A DNA stretch of 64,000 nt, taken from Squalus acanthias (taxonomy: Eukaryota). Positions 25,511 to 39,300 of the stretch are shown here, piece after piece. Under the pieces are notes generated by a model. That model ran no database searches and was not told the origin of the DNA. It saw only the letters and a program-made list of their open reading frames with translations. Position 1 is the stretch's first letter. Each line of letters opens with the position of its first letter. Location: assembly GCA_030390025.1 (NCBI GenBank), contig CM059432.1, positions 121,522,001 to 121,586,000 of the forward strand, given 5' to 3'. A program made the translations under genes and the position numbers.

Positions 25511-27290
25511 TTAGTGTTTAAAGCTGATAAATGGAATTCCAATCTCCAATAAACAAATGCAAAATTGAAATCTCTTATCCCCCAATCTAGGACCTCTCTT
25601 TCCACATGACAAAATGAAGCAGGATGGGTGAGTGATTTAAATGGCTGAACATGCAAAAAGGAAGTTTGGTTTCCTTCTGGTATAATCTGCTCAAAGTCAA
25701 GTAAAACATACCACATCCCTGCCAAATTGTAGTTCTTTATTTCAACAAAAGTAAAGAATATATTCAGACAAATGAATTATAAGAAGCATTGGGAAACCAG
25801 ATTCTAAAATTCTGACTCTTCACCTGATTTCCATGACACCCCTTTATTCCTGCTATTTGCTGTAATCATGGATAAAGATTATTTTTACAGCGCAACCTTA
25901 AATTCAGGTTTACAACACACCATGAGCATCAGTGCTAGCTTCCTGGAGACTCTCTGTACATGGAATGGAGTTACAGTTCAGATGTATAATGTTTAATGTT
26001 CATGTCAACAGATGTATTGATAACAATTACCGTGTGCATGTGTAAGTAGGGACTACATACAATGCCTTTCATGGAAAGTTTGACATGTAGAAAGATTTAG
26101 CTACAGACAATACGGTATTAAGGATACAGCATGCCAGCTATCAACATCTCAGCGAGCCATCAGCACAAGACTGATTCTTCCAGATCAGCAGCTGTCAAAT
26201 TATTTCGAAGTGTAATGCAATATTTGAGAGTACTATATGTTAAATCATTGAAGACAAGTTGGGTTTGAGATGTTGGGATGTCTATGTGACTGATCACTCA
26301 GTTTAATGTTGCTACTTATTCATTGTTTCCATGATCATATGGATTGTAACTTGGAAATATAGTAATTTTAAATATTTCAATCTCAGACAATACTGGGGCA
26401 ATTCTGCCCTCCCAGCTGGGAAGTCACGTCTACAGAGAAGTGCAGTCAGAGAATCTGACCTGTGCCACTGTGAGTGTGGTTTACCCGCTGCTGCATGTAC
26501 AGGTTTGAATTGCTGAATTCCACAGTTTGCCCGATTCTTACTGCTCAACAGTCTTTAAATATCTCATTAATCCTCAGCTCAACATTGCAAGCAATGCACG
26601 TCTTTGCCAAATTCTGCTTGAAACTGTCTTTACTATTACTGTGGGTAATGTCTTGACACCATCTGAGCTCAACTTTCCCATGAGACCCACTATCCTGCTC
26701 CCTTCAACCCCTCCCATCTCAGCCTCTGACCACTCAACGAATCCTCCTAGTCCTCACGCTGGCTGACATTGCAGATGACTCTCATTACTTTTCCCTCTCT
26801 TACAAGTTTAGAGTCTGACTTAGACATTCTCTCAGGTACAGCGGTGCTTGCCACTCCTGTAAGTGGTCTAAGCATCTTACATTTAGGAATGTGCCATTCT
26901 GCACAGTATCTAACTATAAAATAGTATAAGCCAGGGGTATAACAATAGGAACCCTTTTTGATCCGAGCTGGATATTGTGTCTCTTGCATGTGCCTCGCAT
27001 GTGCCTCACATGCGCTTCTCCAATCTTTTTAAAGGCAGCCTGAGAAAATACTTTGTAAGATATAGCAAAATATAAATCATTAACAACAACATCTTTAACA
27101 TAGAAAAAGTTCAACAGTTGTGATTGGATCAGGCCATGCAGTAAGTCTCTGTTGGTTTGGATGTGGTCTAAAACGATTGGGATTTTGGGCAAGGCCAAAA
27201 AGAGTTATGAAAAACATGTCTCACTTCTTTCTAGTGCATTCACAATTTCAATTGTTGAATTAAAATCATTGGGCTTCTGAAGAAAAGGAT

Positions 27291-27830
27291 GGGGTAGAAA
27301 TTGGCCCTTGTTGTGGGCATTTTACGCCCCTGGGATGCCTGAAAGATGCTTAACCCAAAAACTGGGGAGTACAATTCTTCAGGTGTCTCTGATAGCCTCC
27401 TAAAACAGGTATTAGGTTCAATACGTACGTAAATGAGGAGCCTAATGCCTGTTTTATGACCCATTGGGAAATTGGTGTCCCAAGGAGAGGAGCAGGTACT
27501 GAACCTGATTTGCTCAGCTTCATCTGATGTGGATGCGGCCTAGGAACCGTCCACCACCAAAAAGGTGAGATTTAATGGGTTTTTTAAAATTCATGGGGAG
27601 CCAGGAGGAGCAGGAGTGCCCCTCAAGCTTCACCGCATCCTTGAAGGCAGCTGCTAGCTGTGATCGGTACCCCCATCCACTGTCCTCACTGCGCCCCCCC
27701 ACCCCAACTCGGCACACCCACTGCTGGCAAACTGCTTAACATCCCTGGTCAACTTGACAAATGGGCCTGGGATGAGACAATAGATCCCCATTGTATCCTT
27801 TTGAAACAGGCCATGAGTAGTGGCAATTTG
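27291..27830. mobile_element. Degenerate MITE-like element
   Basis: GGGGTAGAAATTGG start and an internal CCAGGAGGAGCAGGAGT motif shared with 41760 (reverse strand). The right end is uncertain. Confidence 0.4.
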
Positions 27831-28172
27831 TAAACTGTGCTGTCTGTCTTCAATATACATTCTCCAATGTCCGAAGCCTGTAGACTTACTTTTTAATCCT
27901 TTCCTCACTAAAGCTCCTCTAATGTCTCACCACCTCCCAGCTCCATACTTGGCTCTCCCAAAACTCACTGTTTAAATCCCTCCAGGGCCGATTTCACTCT
28001 GCTGACAACACCAAGACCATCCTGGCCAAAGTCATGAATTACCTACTCTGTGATGGCAACTCCATGCATGTATACATAGGAAAGTTTCTCATGTGTGAAT
28101 ACGCAGGTGGTATCAGACCACAGGAACAGAATAATGCAAGGTAATGCACAATACTCTGCCAGCAGTCACAAT

Positions 28173-29018
28173 GGGCTGGATTTTGAAGTTGGAGTCGTGT
28201 TGGGGTCGGGAATCACACATTCTGGCTTGTGAACCCGCCTCCATTGAGATGTGGCCAACCCAGTGTGTTTTCCCTTGATTGACCTTGTTGAGCCCGCCCA
28301 GTGGGCTCAGCAGGCCAATTAAGGGCCACCCGGCAACAGGTGATGTCACAGACTGACATTTCATCTGTCAAGGGCTTTTGACAGATGAAATATCAGCGTT
28401 TGACAGCTCTGTGAAGCTGTCAAACACTCACAATATGATTTCTAACTTCAGTCCTTCCTTTCAGGCTGAGTTAGAAATCATTCCAGCACAGAAACCAGAA
28501 GGCTGCTGTTTTTGACAGGTCCACGGCTTTCCTGCTTTCTGTGCCGGTGAGATTTCTAACTCCCGAGAACTGAAGGGCTGACACCTGTAGGAGGAAGTTA
28601 AGATAAGTAAAACTTTTTTCAACAGTTAGCGCTTACCTTACACACTTACCTCTGTACACATGCACCCATCACTCACCTGCCCACCGGACATATCGACCCC
28701 TCCAACCCCTGCAGACCCACGGCCCGACCCGATAACTTGGAGTGTTTGCCACCTGTCGGGAAGCCCACACTTTTCTTTTTAAAATAGGGATTATGCAAAA
28801 AACTGCCTGTTAACTACCTGTTAACAGGCAGTTAATTGTCACTAATCCCTTCCCGCCTCGGGGAGTCAGGTCTCAGACCAGGTCGGGTACCCGCCGCCAG
28901 AGAAACTGGCATGGAGGCGGGTTGGAGTCGGGATGTGGTTGGGACCCCCGAATCTGCAACTTTAACCCCCGCCCCCCGCCTCCAAACCCGACTCCACGGG
29001 TCATTGAAAATCCAGCCC
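28173..29018. mobile_element. Harbinger-type MITE related to 19222-20036, opposite orientation
   Basis: Perfect 12-bp TIR GGGCTGGATTTT / AAAATCCAGCCC with TSD AAT. Shares the CTGCCTGTTAAC and CCCTTGATTG..GCCCGC blocks with the 19222 element. Confidence 0.88.
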
Positions 29019-30036
29019 AATGTCTTCATTTTGCACCAGCCCTCCATATTTTGAGGAGCAAAGACTGGATAGCTGTTTGCTAGTGAGCCAAGGATGCCCA
29101 TTGAATCCCTGGCTAATGATCTTATTGAGAAACATTCGAAAAGGGCAGAACAATGAAGCTTATATCACCCGCATCTTGCTAGAACATACAATTCTCATAG
29201 TCAGGCAGATTATCAAATCTATGGAGCTCTGATCTGTCCAATGTTTGAATAGAACAGGGAGTGCGAGTACAGCTCTATAGCCCTGATAATGTGCCCAGGG
29301 TTATCTATGCCTTTTGTCTATAATTTCACCATCTAGAATGGGGAAACTGTGCAGCAAGAAAACCAGCAGGGGCCGCCTTGGCAGGGGAGCAGTAGGAGGA
29401 AGAAGAAATAGTCGAGAGAGATGTGCAGCAGCGGAGACTAATGTTTCAATCATTGACTGATGGTATTTTTGCCTGACTCTGTAAATGTGTCCTTGCATGA
29501 ACAGTTCTATAGCCTTGATCATAATATACTGACATGAACATCATGTTTTGCTAATTAATGCCGCCCCTATTACCATAGCTGTGTATTAATCCACCCACCC
29601 TTCTGAAAGCAAATCTCCACAATCCATTCCAGAGTAGGTACAGCCAGTTTATTTCCCTATTACTATTTTATGGATGTACTCTTACTGTTTGCTTCTCCAG
29701 TGTTTGCTTTTGAAAAGTGTGTGGGTGTTCAAATATGGTGGTAGCATGCTGCTCCTCAAAAAGGAGCCTCTAGACATGCCTGTGGCACTTTTGTTCTGGA
29801 TCGAGACACTGCCCTGCAACTACTGCCAGCACTTTGACCTATGTGCTCGCTGGCTGCTCCTTTCTGCCACATACCATTTCTTCAGTGTGTCAAGTGCATG
29901 TGGCATCACCCAGAAAGGAAGCGGCCTCATTCATACGTCTTGCTGCCATGCCCCAGCTACTAAGTATTCCTTGCAGGTGACCAGGGTTGTGTACGGCAAC
30001 AGACTCTTACTGAAAAATGTCAACAGATCTTGGCAG

Positions 30037-31284
30037 TGTAGGCTTCGCAAAATCCCCCAGAAACTCGAATAAAACCCTAAAAGGGGTGAGTTTTGGATTT
30101 TTCATACGAATTTGGGATGATGGGACCTAAATGTAGTGATTTGAGGCAAAAACCTCAGTTTTGGACATTTTTAAGGATCAGGGAAGAAAACCCCTGAGGA
30201 AAATGACTTTTGGATATTACTATTGGGAAAAACACCTTTCACAGACACAAGACAGGCTGCAGAGGGGTGTGGCGAGGCAGTGGACAGCTTTTGGTTTTTG
30301 GGGCCCAGTCAAGCTGTCTGGAGAATGTTTGCACTGCAATCCAAGCAGGAGGAAGAGCCTCACCCAAAACCTCACAAACACATCCAAAATTGAATAATTC
30401 AAGGCCCTTTTGAATATCCCCAGGCCCAACCCCACCAATCACCTGTAATCAACCGAAGAGATCGACAGGACGCAAGCCATTTGACACTTAGTAAAGTCAT
30501 TACTGTTAACGAGGTCTTACAATGACCGGGATTTGATTTGGGGTAGATAAGGCCACCTCAATTTAGTATAATTGAAGGCCCATCAAGCAGTTACAACAGT
30601 TGAAGTTCAAACAGTTACAAGTTCGAGTTCTCCAGTAAAACAGTTCAAGTTCAACAGAAGGCAGTTCAATCGAAAAGCCTGTGTTGAACAGAAGTCAGAG
30701 CTGCAGTTACAGAAGCAGGCAGAAGGCAGTTTCCACAGTTCTGCAAGAAGGCAGTTCCACAGCTCAGAAGAAGACAGTTTAAACAGAGGCAGAGTTACAG
30801 CAAGAAGTTAAACAAAGAAGGCCAACAGCTTCACAAGCAGATCGACATGCAAGAAGAAACCAGAGCGACTGCCTCAGTGACCATCGGACACCTCGCGGCA
30901 ACAAGGGCCTCACGAAACCTCTTACTCAAAAGACTCTAAACCCTAACTCTCAACTGTCAAGGATTCGTTTGGTGAGCATTATCCCTGGTTCTCCAAAGCC
31001 CAACCTAGCTAGTGAAGTGGGATTGTGAGGGGTGAAGTATTCTTCTAAGGTTATTTCCCTCGCTTGTACCGAAGTGTTCCCCACCTTTAGAGTGATAAGA
31101 GTGTTTGTGTTGTGTTTTACTTCCTTGAATAAAAGTCAAAGTTCTTTCATCAAACCTGTTGTCTACTGCACCTTTGTTCACGACCCCTAAATAAGTCCAA
31201 GGTCTAGAACCAGGGGTGTGGGAGCGATTCGAACCGCTCACTGAGTCAGAGGTGAGGCTGACCCCTACCACACCACCCCCTACA
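30037..31284 (+). mobile_element. Solo LTR (1248 bp)
   Basis: TGTAGG...CCTACA ends with a 4-bp TSD GCAG (30033-30036 and 31285-31288). AGTATAA at 30565 and AATAAA at 31128. Confidence 0.87.
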
Positions 31285-32819
31285 GCAGTCACTTAGGGGT
31301 GTGAAGCATGCCATCAAGATTCTCTCACGCTAATTCCCAAACCACCTCAAGCCAGAGGTGCGACCTTGCTGAAAAATGGAGCCCTGGATCTCAATAACTG
31401 TTAATCAAGTGTTAATCAGGCAAAACTGCAGTTTGGACCACTTGCCTCCTGGATTTCCCTGCAGATGCCCATGGAGTTGCCACTCGCTCCATGATGCCCA
31501 GCAAGTATACCAGTCAATCTTACATTACTGTACAGACCTTAGAGCAGCAGTTCTGCAAAGTCTCTTACATACCATACAAAGAGCTCTCAAAAAGGACTTC
31601 ATGAAGTACTTCTGCTCATTAATCTGCTCCACTCTCCTTTGGGCCTTGGATAAATGGAATATCTGAGCCCAGCCCTCTATTCACGTTCTTCCCACTCCTC
31701 TGTAGCCAATTTCTCTTGCACTTTCTCACTTATACTGCACACTGGCTTGACCCTCTCTATATCTGATTCCCACATGGTAGATATACCTGAGCTGATACCC
31801 ATGTTCTCAGGAGTGTATGACGCATGCTTGGGAGATTACTTGGCTTCCTATTTGTGTCTGAAGGCAGGTGCATCATCTTGGGAGGTCCTTGCACTAAGAG
31901 AAATGGAAAATGTAATACCATAGTGCATGTATGAAATGGTAGAGCAGCCAGTACCAGTGGCAACACATTGAATGCCATGCTGCTGCATTTCTGCAAGTTA
32001 GAGTGAGTTTTAAGGGTGGACCAAGAAGTTAAAGTGGACATTAGCCTTGCTGGCGATTAACCAAGTGGAAGCTCTCCCTTGGCTCACACCCTCTGTTGCC
32101 TCAATTCTTATCATTCAACTTGTGGAGGCTGGCAGACCCGCCACCAGTGTGGTTTATTTATGTGGTTAGAAAACATACAACTGCTATCATGTGGAAGAAG
32201 ATAGAATGGTATCCAATGCCCTGATTGCAACCCAGCTCACTGAGTGGAAGGCGAAATAATATACAAGTAATTTCAGATGGCATTTTGACTTAGTGGCACA
32301 ATATGCAATGGGCACGTATGACATTAGAAGCATTTTTAATTGCCAGACACAAAGTTAAAGCATTAGGGGCATGGAAGTGCAGCTGTGCAAGATCGCAGGA
32401 TGATTATGGATAAGGAAGGCCATTTATCTGATTTTAATTCTGACATAACCAAAAGGACCCTACAATCCCTCCATTTTAGCATCCTGTTGTTTCTTAAATG
32501 ATTCCATTGTTTTTAACCTTCGTTACTCCCTCTGAATATCCATTCCAAGTGTTGATCACTCTTTGTGTGATGAAGTATTTCCTGATATGTCTTAAATTTA
32601 TCTTTTACTTGTTAAAATTTCTCCCAAGAGTCCTACACTCAATTATTTTTAAGTAAGATTCTGGACTTAGTCTATTCTCCTAACTATCCTATTAACTGTA
32701 TATTATTACCTCTCAAATACTTTTTTTTAGATTGAAAGGCCCATTTCTCTATCTCTCGGGATTAGGCTATTCTCTGCATGTGTCCAACACTTGAATATTT
32801 CCCTTGTTGTCGGGTGATC

Positions 32820-33190
32820 CAATTAAGGTATTTAAAATGATAAATGGATTTGCTAGAGTAGTTACAGAGAAACTATTTTCACTTAGTGAGGGATTCCAGA
32901 TTACAGGGGCACAATCTTAAAATTAGAGCTAGGCCATTCAGGCATGAAATCAGCAAACACTTTTTCACACAAAGGGTAGTGGAGTTCTGGAACTCTCTCT
33001 CCCAAAAGGCTATGGATGCTGGGTCAATTGAAATGTTCAACACTGAGATCGCTAGATTTTTTTTTTAGGTAAGAGTATCAAGGGATGTGGAGCAAAGGTG
33101 GGTAAATGGAGTTGAGGTACAGATCAGCCATGTTCTAACAGGGTTGAGGGACTGAATGACCTCCTCCTCCTGTTGCTATATTCCTTTGTT
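32820..33190 (+). mobile_element. CR1 3' fragment
   Basis: GHNLKIRARPFRHEISKHFFTQRVVEFWNSL and a 3'UTR. Confidence 0.8.
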
Positions 33191-33655
33191 TCTCAGTGAT
33201 CAGAACTGGATATCTTCTTGTCTGACCAGAGCACTGTACAGTTTGATATCAACAAACATCCTCTACGCTATACTCTACTGTTTTGGCTATGTAATTCAGC
33301 TTTCGATTGACTTTATTGATTGCTGATGTACATTAGTTGGGCATGTTGAGTGTCAAGTCTACTAAGACTCCTAGGTCTTTTCAATGTTTTCTTTTGCTAT
33401 TCTAGCATCAGGATAGATGTGTCACTCATTTCTGTTTCTTCTTATGTGCAATACTTTACACTTGTCAGCATTGAATTCCATCTGCCATATTTCTGCCCAA
33501 ATACATATTTTATCCGATTCCTTCTGCAATTTCTGAGCTGCCTCCTTCGATTCTACTGCAAATCTGGCTAATTTGCCTTGAGTTTCTGAATCCAAGTCAT
33601 TGATGCTAATTAGAAAAAGTAGTGGCCCCAGCACTGAGCCCAGGGCCATCCACTA
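33190..33655 (-). mobile_element. Old CR1 RT fragment
   Basis: GSVLGPLLFLISINDL..WQMEFNADKCKVLHI. Confidence 0.7.
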
Positions 33656-34261
33656 AGAACTTCCACTGAGAGAACGTGTACTCAGATGGAGGCCATGAGG
33701 CGTGCTTAAAATGGAACGTTCATGAACAAGAGGTTATGCTTGTGCCTCCCATTCTCAATCGCTTATGCTACAGCATGTTTGGGGAATGGAGGTTATGGCA
33801 TGCTCAAACTTTGGACTGTTTTAACTTGACACTCTTCCCATGCCTGAAGAATTTCTTCCTCATCTGTTCCCTAAGGACATGGAAAACAGCATTCACTCAA
33901 TCAGCCCGCCCATTGCATGCTTGCTGCATATTCAAGCGCAAACTTGGAATTCCTCTTGGCTCAAATATTGCAACCTACCTCTGCTGCATCTCTTCCAGCC
34001 AAGCATCACTGGAGGGGCTGGTTCTGTCCATGTGCCCTTCCTGGCCTTCCATGACTGCACTTCAATGTAGCCAAACCAAGAAGCTATCTTAAAACAGTCT
34101 TTTGTGAGCAGTTACTATCATGATTTTCTGCCCCTTCAATTCATTGTGCTCCAAGTACTCATGAAAAATGTGCAGGGAGCTGTTTCAGAATATTAGAATG
34201 AGCTAACTTCATTGCATGTAGGGGGTCAGTTTGCTGCTTTAACTGCACAAAGGCTCTATTT

Positions 34262-34620
34262 TTAATTCATTCCTGGATGTGGGCGTCGCTGGCAAGGCCA
34301 GCATTTATTGCCCATCCATAATTGCCCTTGAGAAGGTGGTGGTGAGCCGTCTTCTTGAACCGCTGCAGTCTGCATGGTGTAAGTACTCCCATGGTGTTGT
34401 TAGGAATGGTGTTCCAGGTGCCTTGATGTTAAGGGCAGTCACTCTCTCCTGACCTCTGGAATTCAGCTCTTTAGTCCATGATTGGACCAAGGTTGTAATG
34501 AAATCTGGAGCCGAGTGGTCCTGGCGGAACCCAAACTGACCATCGGTGAGCAGGTTATTGGGGAGTAAGTGCTGCTTGATAGCACTGTCAATGACACCTT
34601 CCATCACTTTGCTGATGATC
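34262..34620 (-). mobile_element. Internally deleted fragment of the 12480 LINE family
   Basis: RT segment (IISKVMEGVIDS..QFGFRQDHS) joined directly to the 3' tail, with roughly 1 kb missing. Confidence 0.8.
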
Positions 34621-34664
34621 ACTGTAACAACATCTATGGAGTGAAATGGGAAAGCACTGGCTTG

Positions 34665-35055
34665 CCGGTATAGACTAAGCTTATATTCCCTTGAGTATAG
34701 AAGATTAAGGGGTGATCTAATTGAGGTGTTTAAGATGATTAAAGAAATTGATAGGGTAGCTGGAGATAAACTATTTCCTCTGTTGGGGGAGTTCAGATCA
34801 AGGGGGCATAACCTTAAAATTGGAGCTTGGCTGGTCAGGAAGTACTTCTTCACACAAAGGGTAGTGGAGTGCTCTCGCTAAGAATCTGTTGAGGATAGGT
34901 TAATTGAAAATGTCAGAACTGAGATTGATAGATTTTTGTTAGACAAGGGTATTAAGGGTTACGGAACCAAAGTTAAGGTACAGATCAGCCATGATCAAAT
35001 TGAATGGCGGAACAGACTCGAGGGGCTGAATGGCCTCCTCCTCTTCCTATGTTCC
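34665..35055 (+). mobile_element. CR1 3' fragment, same subfamily as 20581-21412
   Basis: Colinear with 20995-21410. Confidence 0.82.
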
Positions 35056-37419
35056 GAATCAAAAACAAACTTCACTGCTCTTTTTATCTCAGGCAGGGCC
35101 CTTCTGTTCCTCCTGGCTCCACATTCAGGTAAAAGTATTTTTTTAAAACAGCTTTTTGGTGGCAGCCTCCAGTGATTCCTTTAAGGATTGCTGGATAGGC
35201 CACATGGTGACTTGGTTATCCTGAAGGTGGCAGGCCCGGTGCCGGCAGTGACCAGGGAAGCCCAGTTTCGGGAAGGAGTCCTGAAACAGACAATAGGCCC
35301 TCTATTTGCATATGCAGTGGGTCGACTGCCTATTTCAGGCGGGGTCCCTGGGTGCCTATAATTCAGCCTTTACCAATATAAAGCAGACGCCGCACTTCTT
35401 GCGTGGAATGTGCGTGCACACGCCACATTGGATGCTTAGGTCCCTGTTTTATGCCTGTATAACGGGTGCAGCATTAAGGAATTTTTAGGCCATGGTGTCT
35501 TCAGGAACAAGTTCCTCTCGCAGTTCAGAATATGTACAATAACTGCCTATGTGTACATGGTACAGTAGATCAAGCTGTGGCTCCATCAAATGAAGCACAT
35601 AAATTGTAATATCGCTTATTGTGCTCTTGCCTGTGTAAATTTCCATGTTCCAGGTGTACCACAGACATTTGTGTACAATTCCCACGCTGTGGCCTAAAAT
35701 GAGGGTTAGCACAGAATCACAATATATGTGGAACCCATGACGATGCCAATCAGACTAGGATGGAAAGTCCTGAGGAGGGTGTGGCAATTTGAGCACATAC
35801 AGAATTGAGACTCGAATAGAAAGCAAGCAAGTGTTTGCGGAATCCACTTTTTTTTACTTTATTCACGGCATTGGCCAGCAGGACGTTGAGTTGAATCGCA
35901 ACCTTGAAAACTGTGAGCTTGAGGGGAAAAAAAGTCAAAGCAAAACAATTCCGAGGAACTTTTTGTGCGTCACTGCTGAGCTCAATAAATTTGGAGGGGC
36001 TGAAGCGCAATGGATTTCCATCATTTTGTTACTTTGATACAGATGCGTTTTCAAATTCAACTGGACTTAAATGAAAAGAAACGGGTTTAAAAATGTGAAA
36101 AATGTTCTGATTGCTTGAGACAATAGAAAATTGGTCAAAAGCCCATTCCTATTTTCGGTTTCATATGCTACACGAAAGCAGGTGAAGCAAATGGTTATGA
36201 TTCATCCATGAGAAAACTCAAGGTTTACTTCATGCCAAAGGGAAAAAAAAGAATAAATCTGAAATATACATTTGGACAAGGAGCAAGTGAGCTGCTGGTT
36301 AGATATTATACATCGTTATGACAACTCGTAACTATATGTGGATTCACAGATGAGAATAAAGGGCGAAAATCACAAATTTCCTGAGCTGAACTCCTCTTGC
36401 CTAAGGCAACAGGCCGGCAAACCCTCAAAGACGTGCTCGATGTAAGCTGAACATCGTGAACCATCGGTATTCCAAGCATTAAACACAGAACAAACATTGC
36501 ATTGTAACAATGACTGAGCTCACAAACAGCATGCACCAAAAACCAAACTGAGAATCAACCAAGGGGTATATTGGAACAGAAACCGCCTCGGAATAATAAG
36601 TAATACATAAAACATTATTGTAATTGGATTCACAGGGGTTTTTTTTCCACATAAAGACACTGTCCTGCCAGAGGTATTCTAAACCAATCTTGCAGCAAGT
36701 AAAATCACTTCCTAAGACCTTGCATCTCAGGACCAAGGCATTGGATGATACAGTGGGATGGAGCACCAGCCACATCTTTAAGGGACGGTGGACAGAGCAG
36801 CGTGGAGTGAAGGAATTTCATTTAATGCAGCCAATAAATATGTTGATGTTATGTGTCATGTGGCCTATGCAAAACAACCAGTGGTTAATGCATTCATGCT
36901 GACCGCATCTGTGAAAGTATCAATAGACTTCAGTTAAATGTAAACTTGAGAATGCCTAGAACAAAACAAATCAATATAAACAATGCAAAAAGTAGAACAT
37001 TACAGTTTCTGCACGTTGATTAAACACAGCCCACAGGTTTTGAAAGGATTCGCTACCATATTTGAATCAACAACAAAACTAACAAATACAATGTGGTAAA
37101 AGGAGATGTGGATGCAGTGCTCTTGTGTCTGATTTGCATATTCCTTATTACTATATTCTTCAACAAAACAGCAGTAAATCTGTGAAACACAACTTGCCTT
37201 TAACTAATCTGTGCTGGCTGTCCTTCATTAGCCCATGCATTTCTAAGTGCTTACTAATTTTATTTCAAATTCTGAATACTGAGAGTTTACCTACAACTGA
37301 CGTTAGAGTAGCTACTTTATAGTAAATAGAGCTCAGACTTCTGTCATGCAAGGTAAGCTTGCTGCCACGCAAGCACAGACTGCTGCCATAATGGCTGCGG
37401 ATACCAGCGGGGCTTGCAG

Positions 37420-38320
37420 TGACAGTGGCTGGGAATACAGAGCCTCAATGACCTCCCTTCTATGACATGGGGAGCTGTTGCAAATATCTCCCGGTCCAGC
37501 CTGGAAGGAGCCCAACACACAAAAGTTCACGTCCACGGTCACCTTCACAGACACTGGCAATGCAGTCCTCGCCCTGCTCTGAGGTTGCTGTTGTGGCTGC
37601 AGCAGGCAGCAGATTTCAGTGAGGGCGTCCTTACTGAATTGCAGATGTCTGACACACTGTTCTGCGCTGAGGTTCAGGTGGTGAATTGCTCCCTGAACAC
37701 CCCAGCGGATATGGCTCCCTGCTGAAAGCCCTTCTCCCCCACCCCCTCCTCCCTTTGCCAACAGCTTGTCCTGATTTGTGTCGCCTCTGCTCATTCTCCC
37801 TGTCATGCTGTAGCACCCATGTCTGGGAGCAAGTGGTTTCTGCAGAATCCTTGAAGTCAGGATAAAGTCCTTCAGCATCTGCCGCACCACTCCCTGTAGA
37901 CTTTAGCAACTTTAAAGAACTCTAGAAATCACCAGAAAACTTCTACAATCGCAGCAAGAGCCAGCAGAAATCAATCAGCAACTAACCTGTAAGTAGTTGA
38001 TGAACCTTTAAATAGTGCTGGTGGGGGGGTCCTTCCTGCTGCTGAACGCATGTTTAGGAGAGTGCGTTGGCTGGACCGTTGAGCTCCAAAATTGCAGTGC
38101 TGGTGTCAATTCAGCGCTACATGCTGATTGACGTCATGATCTGCCTACGCTGCATACTACTGGTGGACGCTCACTGCATGCGCGCTAACGCCCTCACCAA
38201 GATGACATCTGCCGTGACTCGCACCAGAAGTGTGTATGATCACCATTTTGGATCCAAAGCAGCACTCGTTGTGCCGAAACAGCGGGTGCAAAGGAGCCAA
38301 ATTTTGAGGCCAAAATCTCT
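37420..38320 (-). mobile_element. Harbinger fragment: terminal region + transposase N-terminus
   Basis: EQCVRHLQFSKDALTEICCLLQP..ALPVSVKVTV..GSFQ. The upstream region is colinear with 11200-11660 (ATTGACGTCATGATCTGCCTA). Confidence 0.8.
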
Positions 38321-38959
38321 CCATAGTTATTAATGCTTCCAACTCTCCACTTTTGTTTTAAATGTTTTGTGCATTCACATGCATAATCCCCAATCCTGAC
38401 TCCAATTTTTTTTGAATATTGAACTGTATTCTTTTTCCTGGATGTCCCTTGCTCCTTCTACGCGAATGTTTTTAATCTCTCGCTATTGCCAGCTTCTTTT
38501 ACTATGAGAGTAATTTCTCACTATTTAATTCAGCTAAGCCTGCCGCTTCTATTCCCCCTCCTGTCATATCAGACTTGGCTATATGCCCCCTGTGGTCAAA
38601 TAGCCTAACGGTCACCTTCAAGGTTAACACTTGATTAATGGTCACTTAGGCAAAGCACCAGAGGATGACTGATGCCCGTAGAACTGGATGCCAGCAGGAG
38701 TGTCAACACTTACAAGAGAGAAGAGGAGAAATTGGTAGAGACAATTCAGCAACAACAATTCTATCAATGTTTAATTTCCAAGGATGGAATGAATATCAGT
38801 CAGCTCCCAGAAAATCACAGCAGTTATGGGACCTCAGCTCTCCACACCATCCAAGTGGATTTGTATTTGATCTCACCACAATCACTCAAGCACTCTAGAA
38901 ATCAGCAAGTCAAGAAGCTGGTTGGAGCCGTGTATTAACACACCTCACCATACCAGGAA

Positions 38960-39300
38960 AATAAAAAGGGAAAACTGCAATTGCTGCCAGTCAACACCTG
39001 TTAAGAGAAAAGGCAGGTTATGATATTTTGGGTGCGTACCTTTCATCAGAACTGAAAGATAACATGCGTTTTAGTAAGGTTGGAAAAAGTAAAGAGAAAA
39101 GAAGAGGAGAGAATGGGCTAGGGGACTGCTTCACTGAACACCTTCATTCTGTCTGCAAGTGTGACACTGACCTCGCTGTGGCTCGCACTTTAACTCCCTT
39201 TCTCATGCCCACTCTGGCCCTGCTGTTTTTGGTCTACACTGTTCCAAGGAAGCTCAATAGAAGCTTCAAGAACAGTGCCTCATCATTGATTGAGCTGCTG
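38960..39300. mobile_element. Degenerate Penelope-like fragment
   Basis: LGDCFTEHLHSVCKCDTDLAVA..HFNS (GIY-YIG-like, +), preceded by an inverted terminal piece with a decayed CTGATGA hammerhead core on -. Confidence 0.55.

Noticed and set aside
29740..32060. Possible old LINE remnant flanking the 30037 LTR
   Set aside because: It looks like decayed coding sequence, but I could not recover diagnostic motifs.
38665..38938. Possible host exon (MPVELDASRS..)
   Set aside because: No recognisable domain and no convincing splice-site pair.
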